Shown here: piece by piece, positions 1 to 5,481 of the stretch | Numbering within the stretch: the stretch's first letter is position 1 | How the letters are laid out: every line of letters begins with the position of its first letter | Assembly: GCA_005191425.1 (NCBI GenBank) | Contig: SUPR01000146.1 | Span: 1-6,711 of the forward strand | From: Candidatus Helarchaeota ASGARD archaeon Hel_GB_B | GTDB taxonomy: Archaea; Asgardarchaeota; Lokiarchaeia; Helarchaeales; HEL-GB-B | Reading direction: 5' to 3' | Length of the DNA stretch: 6,711 nt | Notes under the pieces: generated by a model | What the model was told of the DNA's origin: nothing | The model's database searches: none | The model's input: the letters and a program-made list of their open reading frames with translations, nothing else | Program-made: the position numbers and the translations under genes

Positions 1-180
1 AATTTAAAAATAAAGAGGTTGACTATTGACCCTCAAATAATGGGAGCATTAGGAGCAGCACTTTTTGCAATAGAGCAATATGTTAAAGAAAAATCAAAAA
101 TGATTGAAGCTAAAAAAGATGCTACACAAAGAAAAACTATTACTCCTAGAAAAAGAAAATTAAAAAAATGGGACTTTTGA
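1..180 (+). CDS. 3' end (partial) of BadF/BadG/BcrA/BcrD ATPase family protein (acyl-CoA dehydratase activator / CoA-substrate-specific enzyme activase type)
   Basis: Frame +1 is open from base 1 to TGA at 178-180: NLKIKRLTIDPQIMGALGAALFAIEQYVKEKSKMIEAKKDATQRKTITPRKRKLKKWDF*. The PQxxGAxGAALxA string is the characteristic C-terminal motif of HgdC/BcrA/BcrD-type ASKHA ATPases. Only 59 residues are visible, so the subfamily cannot be assigned. Confidence 0.72.
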   Translation, partial: NLKIKRLTIDPQIMGALGAALFAIEQYVKEKSKMIEAKKDATQRKTITPRKRKLKKWDF

Positions 181-252
181 TTAAAATTATAAAAATTGGG
201 CAATCGTATTAATTGTTGACCTATTCTATTCATAAAATAAAAAACATTTTAA

Positions 253-493
253 AACTTAAGAAATTTTGCTAAATGGATGCTTGGTGAAGGAGAATATCAT
301 GAATATAAAGATGTTGATTTAATAATTATTGGTCATTTTAAAAAGTTTCTCCCTGATATAATGGTTGATATACTGGATTTGAATTATATAAATTTTAGGT
401 TTATAACCCATAATCAATATTATTAACAAGTTTAATAAAATGACCAGAGATAAAAATAGGTTTATTCTATATATATTGGAAGAGAATATTTAA
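253..493 (+). pseudogene. Decayed minimal nucleotidyltransferase (MNT, pol-beta superfamily) remnant
   Basis: Frame +1 (253-426) reads ...GEGEYHEYKDVDLIIIGHFKKFLPDIMVDILDLN..., resembling the MNT GxxxxxSDxDLxxxG motif. Frame +2 (401-493) reads L*PIINIINKFNKMTRDKNRFILYILEENI*, with the spacing of the usual MNT C-terminus (EPxxYTxEEFxKMxxxxNxFIxxILEEG, recalled consensus). It has a frameshift, an in-frame stop, no recognisable GS motif and no intact N-terminus. Confidence 0.5.
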
Positions 494-616
494 ACTATAA
501 TTTAATAAAATTTTAAAAATAATTCGATACAATTATCTATTATTATTATCTATAATTATCATCATTTTTAGTAACGAAAATAATATCAAGAAAAATGGGA
601 CCATGTGAATAATACC

Positions 617-1849
617 ATGAATAGAACAGACATTTCATATCAAGATTATATGTATGACTTTATGAAGGAAATTTGTAATAAAATCGGACCTCGAATTGGT
701 TGGTCTGAAAATGAGAGGAAATGTGCATATATGATCCGAAATGAACTTAAAAAATATTGTGATGAAGTTGAAATTGAAGAATTTAATTATAATCGGTCTT
801 TTTATTTGATGTTTAAAATTCCTTTAATATTAAATATAGTTGGAATTTTATCCTACTTATTGGTCCTTTTCGGAATTAATGTACTCACATTATATTTTAA
901 TATAACCAGTGTTGCCTGCTTTTCTTTGGCATTATTTTTCCTTTTAGGTCAATTTATTTTTAATAAAGATGTAATGGGTATTTTTGCAAAATCAGGCGAG
1001 TCGCAAAATGTAATTGGAAAGATTAAAGCAAAAAAAAGTGCAAATAGGATTTTAATTTTTTCAGGACACCATGATTCAACTTGGCATTTTACTCTTATGG
1101 ACAAATTAGGAGAAAAATTTTTAATTTTTACATATATAACAATTTTTTTCTTATTTGCTACATTTATAGTTTCAATTATTAATCTGATTTGGTATATACT
1201 TACAAACAACTATAACCTGGTCTTAGATATCATTACAAGGTCCCTTTATATAGGGTCAATTCCATTTATTGCTACTTTCTCCTTATTTATGATCGATAAA
1301 TCCAGAGAAACATTGGGGGCAAACGACAATCTCAGTGGAGTTGTTGTAATGTTAGGTGTGGCAAAATATTTGGCAGAAAAAGGGAGGTGCAACAATATTG
1401 AAGTGTGGTGCGTTTCATTTGGCTCGGAAGAGGGAGGACTTCATGGAAGCAAAGCATTTGTCAAAAAACATTTAAATGAATTGGATAAAGCAATTTTAAT
1501 TAATGCAGATACAATAGGACATGGAAAAATCAGAATTGCTAAAAAAGAGTTATTAATAAGCCATGATAAACGCGTAATTGAGTTGATTGATACCGCTGCA
1601 AATAATTTAGGAATTGAACATAGTATTATGGGGTCTGGTGGCGGCAGAACAGATGCTATGTCATTTACTGAACGGGGATTATTAGCAGCTACTATGATTG
1701 GACTCGAGGACTCGAAAAAAATGCCACCAGATTATCATACAATACGCGATATACCTGAAAATTTAGACCCTACATTATTAAAACAAGTCCTTGAAATAGA
1801 CCTTGAAATAATCCATTTGCTTGATTCCGGAAAATTTAAGATTGATTGA
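617..1849 (+). CDS. M28 family zinc metallopeptidase with transmembrane insertions
   Basis: Long ORF (GTG at 605, first ATG at 617). All five M28 metal/catalytic motifs are present: GHHDS, GANDNLSG, FGSEEGGLHGS, INADTIG and YHT. It also has an N-terminal GPRxxxS motif and two long hydrophobic inserts. The start codon is uncertain (605, 617 or slightly later). Confidence 0.92.
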   Translation: MNRTDISYQDYMYDFMKEICNKIGPRIGWSENERKCAYMIRNELKKYCDEVEIEEFNYNRSFYLMFKIPLILNIVGILSYLLVLFGINVLTLYFNITSVACFSLALFFLLGQFIFNKDVMGIFAKSGESQNVIGKIKAKKSANRILIFSGHHDSTWHFTLMDKLGEKFLIFTYITIFFLFATFIVSIINLIWYILTNNYNLVLDIITRSLYIGSIPFIATFSLFMIDKSRETLGANDNLSGVVVMLGVAKYLAEKGRCNNIEVWCVSFGSEEGGLHGSKAFVKKHLNELDKAILINADTIGHGKIRIAKKELLISHDKRVIELIDTAANNLGIEHSIMGSGGGRTDAMSFTERGLLAATMIGLEDSKKMPPDYHTIRDIPENLDPTLLKQVLEIDLEIIHLLDSGKFKID

Positions 1850-1949
1850 ACTCAACATTCATTTGATATTTTCTTATAGTCTTTTTTCTCAATGAAAAAT
1901 CATTTTTTGACAAAAAATTTTTCTAATTTGTTTGTATTAATAAAATGTA

Positions 1950-2387
1950 ATGACAAATGAAACTTTAGACAAAATAATTGCAGATATTGTAATTAATATA
2001 ATAACCGAACTGCAAAAAATTACACCGTTAGATATTAATGAAATTGACCGATTTATGATATATCAATTTAAAACAAATAAAAGTATCAAAAATTATAAAG
2101 AAGAATTAATTCAGAATATAGAATTATTAAATAAAAGTACTCAAGAAAAAAAACAAATAAAGAAAATTTTTTTGGAATATTTAGATGATTTAGAGTTATT
2201 ACACAATATGAACCATATAATATTAAGTATGAAATTACAAGAAATTTTAACTGATAAAGAAACTATCAATTTAATTGATTTCTCTAAATTTAGGAAAATG
2301 ATTGAATTTAATATTAACCAAAAAAAAGATATTATTAAATATTATTTATCTATTTTAACTAGAAAATATGAGAACTTTTATATTTAA
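1950..2387 (+). CDS. Hypothetical protein, predicted all-alpha-helical
   Basis: 145-codon ATG ORF in DNA where stop codons are very frequent. It is rich in Ile/Lys/Glu/Leu/Asn with amphipathic-helix patterning. No family motif recognised. Confidence 0.72.
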   Translation: MTNETLDKIIADIVINIITELQKITPLDINEIDRFMIYQFKTNKSIKNYKEELIQNIELLNKSTQEKKQIKKIFLEYLDDLELLHNMNHIILSMKLQEILTDKETINLIDFSKFRKMIEFNINQKKDIIKYYLSILTRKYENFYI

Positions 2388-2421
2388 AAAATATTGTTAA
2401 AAATAATTATAAAATAATAAG

Positions 2422-2457
2422 AGCGATCTGCAACATCGCTGTCATTGGCCAATTACA
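2422..2457. other. GC-rich hairpin plus adjacent near-perfect palindrome between convergent genes (possible terminator / RNA element)
   Basis: AGCGAT(2422-2427)-CTGCAAC-ATCGCT(2435-2440) forms a 6-bp stem. TGTCATTGGCCAATTACA (2440-2457) is an 18-bp palindrome with one mismatched pair. On the minus strand the stem is followed by a U-rich tract (CUUAUUAUUUU). Confidence 0.35.
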
Positions 2458-2488
2458 AATTTAATTTGGTCAAATCATCCATTCTTAT

Positions 2489-2596
2489 TTATTTTTTGTA
2501 TATTTTTTTATATGTTTGTGTAATTGAATCATCATGTCCAAATCGGTCTATTAATGCTTTTATAAATTCATCATTATTAAGTCGATTTTCGACCAC
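2489..2596 (-). CDS. Possible small protein (35 aa) or in-frame readthrough extension of the upstream GC-terminated gene
   Basis: Minus strand GTG GTC GAA ... AAA TAA gives (M)VENRLNNDEFIKALIDRFGHDDSITQTYKKIYKK*. It is in the same frame as 2603..2935 and starts one codon after its TGA TGA. It looks like an amphipathic helix but is too short to be certain. Confidence 0.25.
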   Translation of the reverse strand: MVENRLNNDEFIKALIDRFGHDDSITQTYKKIYKK

Positions 2597-2602
2597 GTTT
2601 CA

Positions 2603-2935
2603 TCAACAACCGATATCAGGAGTAAAAATTGCTACCGTTTGGTCAGGAAGTATTAATAAAGGATCACTTCTGACATTCAAATATTTTTTATTATTATCAC
2701 GAACATCTATCCCAACATCTTCATAAAATTCTCCAGTTTTAGGATTGTAAATTACTTGTAACATACTTTTTATACCTTTAATTGGAAATTGACCGTTAGT
2801 CATCTTAAATAACTCTAAATCAGCCTTTGCAATGGTATGTATTATATTTCCAGTATCATCAATTAAAATTGTAAATGGTTCTTTGTTAATTTTTAATATC
2901 TCAGAGTTAATTAGTAAAAATTGTATAGTTTTCAT
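2603..2935 (-). CDS. Putative beta-grasp (MoaD/ThiS/SAMP-like, ubiquitin-like) protein with C-terminal Gly-Cys
   Basis: 110-aa ATG ORF. The pattern of strand (TIQFLLIN), strand (EPFTILI), helix (NIIHTIAKADLELFK), strand (VGIDVRD) and final strand LPDQTVAIFTPDIGC matches the MoaD/SAMP layout, which ends LxDGDEVAIFPPVSGG. The fold call is by eye; coding status is more secure than the family call. Confidence 0.7.
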   Translation of the reverse strand: MKTIQFLLINSEILKINKEPFTILIDDTGNIIHTIAKADLELFKMTNGQFPIKGIKSMLQVIYNPKTGEFYEDVGIDVRDNNKKYLNVRSDPLLILPDQTVAIFTPDIGC

Positions 2936-3098
2936 ATCTTAAATTAAATGTCTATAAATTAAATAATTTATGGTTCGAATTTTATTTCAATTTTATAAAA
3001 AATTTAAATATACTAAAAAATAAATATTAAAAATAACATTAATTTTAATTGTAAACCTAATTTTTTTAAAAGTCTTTTATTTAGTGGAAGTTAAAAAA
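2936..3098. promoter_or_regulatory. Divergent promoter region between the Ubl-like gene and the GTPase gene
   Basis: 163-bp extremely AT-rich gap between two head-to-head start codons. A TATA-like TTTTAAAA at 3064-3071 lies about 30 nt upstream of ATG 3099. Individual boxes cannot be assigned reliably in such AT-rich DNA. Confidence 0.35.
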
Positions 3099-3608
3099 AT
3101 GAGTGAAAAATTCGGTTTCAAAGTAATTATAACTGGTGATACCGCAGTTGGTAAGACTTCTTTAGTCCGTAGATATTGTGATAATAAATTTGATGCTAAC
3201 CAAAAACCGTCAATTGGTGCTGATTTTACCATTAAAGTAGTACATTTCGCGAAATATGAGGTTATTTTAACAATTTGGGATATTGGAGGTCAAGTATTAT
3301 TTGACAATTTACGTGACTTTTATTATCAAGGATCTGATGCCGGGATCATTGTTTTTGATGTCACAAATCAAGATTCTCTTAAACGCATAAGTGCGAAATG
3401 GCTACCTGAAATGCAATCTATAAACAATATTTCGATTATTATTTTAGCAAATAAAATAGACCTAAAACAAGATAGAATTATTGGGCCTGAAGAATGTCAA
3501 CAATTATCAAATGATTTGGGAATACCCGTTTTTGAAACATCAGCTAAGACTGGAATTAATGTGAAAAAGGCATTTGAAGTCTTAGCAAAATCACTAGTTG
3601 AAAGATAA
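3099..3608 (+). CDS. Rab-like small GTPase (Ras superfamily)
   Basis: G1 GDTAVGKTS, G2 PSIGADF, G3 WDIGGQ, G4 NKID and G5 ETSAK are all present, with RabF-like motifs IGADF, ILTIW, YYQGS and IVFDVT. ATG 3099 is preferred over GTG 3084. There is no C-terminal Cys/CAAX tail. Confidence 0.96.
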   Translation: MSEKFGFKVIITGDTAVGKTSLVRRYCDNKFDANQKPSIGADFTIKVVHFAKYEVILTIWDIGGQVLFDNLRDFYYQGSDAGIIVFDVTNQDSLKRISAKWLPEMQSINNISIIILANKIDLKQDRIIGPEECQQLSNDLGIPVFETSAKTGINVKKAFEVLAKSLVER

Positions 3609-4230
3609 ATTGACTACTTGTAATAAAATTATAAAATTAAAACCATAGATAATTAATTTTCATCAATATAACTAATATCAATGAACATTATTGTTTTTAA
3701 AAAAAAATTTCTAACTCGATATAACATTTTTTCAATCAAATTTCATTTATTTTTCTTTTTTCTGGTATCATTTGCTTTTAAAATTCAAATTTATCATTAA
3801 AAATTGAAATTCAAGTTGTGAATTAAAAATAAAATTATTATCATAAAATATCATTTTTAGAAGGAAGGTAAATCATATAAAAAGTCTTTTTGTAATTATT
3901 ATGAATATTTTTAACATGATTTGTTTAAAGATGAAATAAGTAAATACAAGTTAAGTTATAAATGTAAATATCACAAGTCAAATAATATTAAACTAAACTA
4001 GAAAAATAATTTACAAATCATAATTTATTAGTATCATTTATTTTAATTATTAATTAAAGCTTTTTCACTTATTAAATTAAAAATTTTAAAAATTAAGGTT
4101 AAAAGTGATTTTTATTTAATAAAAGTTCATTTTGACATTTTTTAAATTAAGTATCAATAAAATTTAATTAACGAAATGTAGCGGATATATCAGTCAAAAT
4201 TTACTTTATCCCGTTAAAAGACCATTATAA

Positions 4231-5265
4231 ATGATTAAAATGAAGAAAGAGCGTCCAATAGTAGCAATAATTAAAGGAACGCAGTATAAAGCTACAATAA
4301 AAGCACTATCATTAATCAAGGATTATATTGATGTAGAAAATAATGCAAAGATTATTTTAAAGCCGAATCTATTATCTAGCAATAAATCGCATATTATAAA
4401 TACAGATCCAAGAGTATGTTTAGCGGTACATGACTTTTTTAATAGAGAATTGAAAATCGATAAAAAAAATATTGTTTTATCTGCAGGGACAACTCACGGA
4501 AAACCACCAGATGCTAAATTTGCATTAGAAAATAATGACTATTTTAAATTTAAAAGTGATTGGAATTACCATGATTTTGCAGAAGACAAACCAGGTAAGT
4601 GGTTTAAGATTTATGAATTTAATAGTAATAGAAATCTGGAGTTAGCTTTAGCAAAATCACTTATTGAAGCGGATTACATAATAAGTGTCCCAAAATTTAA
4701 GACACATGATGTGTTAGGTTTGACATTATCGCTTAAGAATTTAATGGGTACACTCGTTGCTGCAAAAGACCAAACAGGGACTATCATTAAAACTAAACCC
4801 GCAAATGTATGCCCATTAATGCATGGATTTGGGAATAGAAGGCCACATCAATTAAGTGATGCAGAAAATTCTGGGCCATCAAAATTGTGCTTGGCGACTA
4901 ATCTTATACGAATGGCACAAAAGATCCAGCCTTCACTAGCCGTTATTGATGGGGTTGTTGCAATGGAGGGGAATGGGCCAGTTTTTGGCGTTAAAAAAAA
5001 TTTAGGAATAGTGATTGCAAGTAATGATTTCATTGCTGCCGATACAGTAGCAACTCATATTGCTGGAATGGAACCTAAAGATATCCAGTACATATTACAA
5101 GCAGGAAAAATTGGACTTGGTGAATATAATCCTGATAAAATAGAAATTGTGGGCGAAAATATTGATCTTATTAAAAATAAATTTATCCCGCATCGATTAT
5201 TCCATAAATCTAAATTTACTCAAGAAGAAATTGCTATTTTAGAAAAAAAGATAAGATATAACTAA
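4231..5265 (+). CDS. DUF362 domain-containing protein
   Basis: Family motifs IILKPNL, ADYIISVPKFKTH, LTLSLKNLMG, AVIDGVVAMEGNGP and ASNDFIAADTVA...GM are present in the expected order. No C-terminal CxxCxxC ferredoxin module. Alternative start ATG at 4240. Confidence 0.9.
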   Translation: MIKMKKERPIVAIIKGTQYKATIKALSLIKDYIDVENNAKIILKPNLLSSNKSHIINTDPRVCLAVHDFFNRELKIDKKNIVLSAGTTHGKPPDAKFALENNDYFKFKSDWNYHDFAEDKPGKWFKIYEFNSNRNLELALAKSLIEADYIISVPKFKTHDVLGLTLSLKNLMGTLVAAKDQTGTIIKTKPANVCPLMHGFGNRRPHQLSDAENSGPSKLCLATNLIRMAQKIQPSLAVIDGVVAMEGNGPVFGVKKNLGIVIASNDFIAADTVATHIAGMEPKDIQYILQAGKIGLGEYNPDKIEIVGENIDLIKNKFIPHRLFHKSKFTQEEIAILEKKIRYN

Positions 5266-5369
5266 TTTGTAAAATAAATTGAATTTTTTTTATATAATAA
5301 TTGTTTCTTTTTAATTATAATTAGGATTTATATTTCTTTTATAATATACTTTTACTATAAAATTTTGAT

Positions 5370-5397
5370 TTTTTAACACCTATTAGTCTGTTAAAAA
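5370..5397. promoter_or_regulatory. Perfect 9-bp inverted repeat, candidate transcription-factor operator
   Basis: TTTTTAACA(5370-5378)-N10-TGTTAAAAA(5389-5397), about 85 bp upstream of the oxidoreductase start codon. Confidence 0.35.
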
Positions 5398-5469
5398 GAA
5401 ATAAATAATAGCACATAATTTATTAAAATTAATTTGAATTTTTTCAAGAAATTATTAAATTAAAAGATT

Positions 5470-5474
5470 AGGAG
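5470..5474 (+). promoter_or_regulatory. Shine-Dalgarno-like site
   Basis: AGGAG lies 7 nt upstream of ATG 5482, supporting that start codon. Confidence 0.45.
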
Positions 5475-5481
5475 CGATTAA

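Noticed and set aside
33-233. 66-aa minus-strand ORF in the track
   Set aside because: Antisense shadow of the plus-strand activator C-terminus, which carries a recognisable family motif; no motif of its own.
530-566. Degenerate ATTATCTAT-like direct repeats
   Set aside because: Low-complexity A/T sequence with short imperfect units; no spacers or regular period, so not a CRISPR or iteron array.
949-1209. 86-aa minus-strand ORF in the track
   Set aside because: Lies wholly antisense within the well-supported M28 peptidase gene.
1902-1918. Palindrome ATTTTTTG-A-CAAAAAAT upstream of ATG 1950
   Set aside because: Made almost entirely of homopolymer runs; expected by chance in this composition and no second copy seen.
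2421-2445. AUGA plus hairpin on the minus strand as a canonical SECIS
   Set aside because: No 3' GA to complete the kink-turn quartet, only a 6-bp helix and no apical AA; kept only as a generic structured element.
2576-2603. TGATG-coupled micro-ORF MKRGRKST* on the minus strand
   Set aside because: Only 8 codons; cannot be supported from sequence alone.
2445-2726. 93-aa plus-strand ORF with TTG start
   Set aside because: Antisense to the better-supported minus-strand gene; Ser/Ile/Phe-rich composition typical of a shadow frame.
4042-4058. Dyad TTTAATTA-T-TAATTAAA and other A/T palindromes in the long gap
   Set aside because: Pure A/T palindromes are expected by chance in this region.
4848-5033. 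61-aa minus-strand ORF in the track
   Set aside because: Antisense shadow within the conserved DUF362 coding region.
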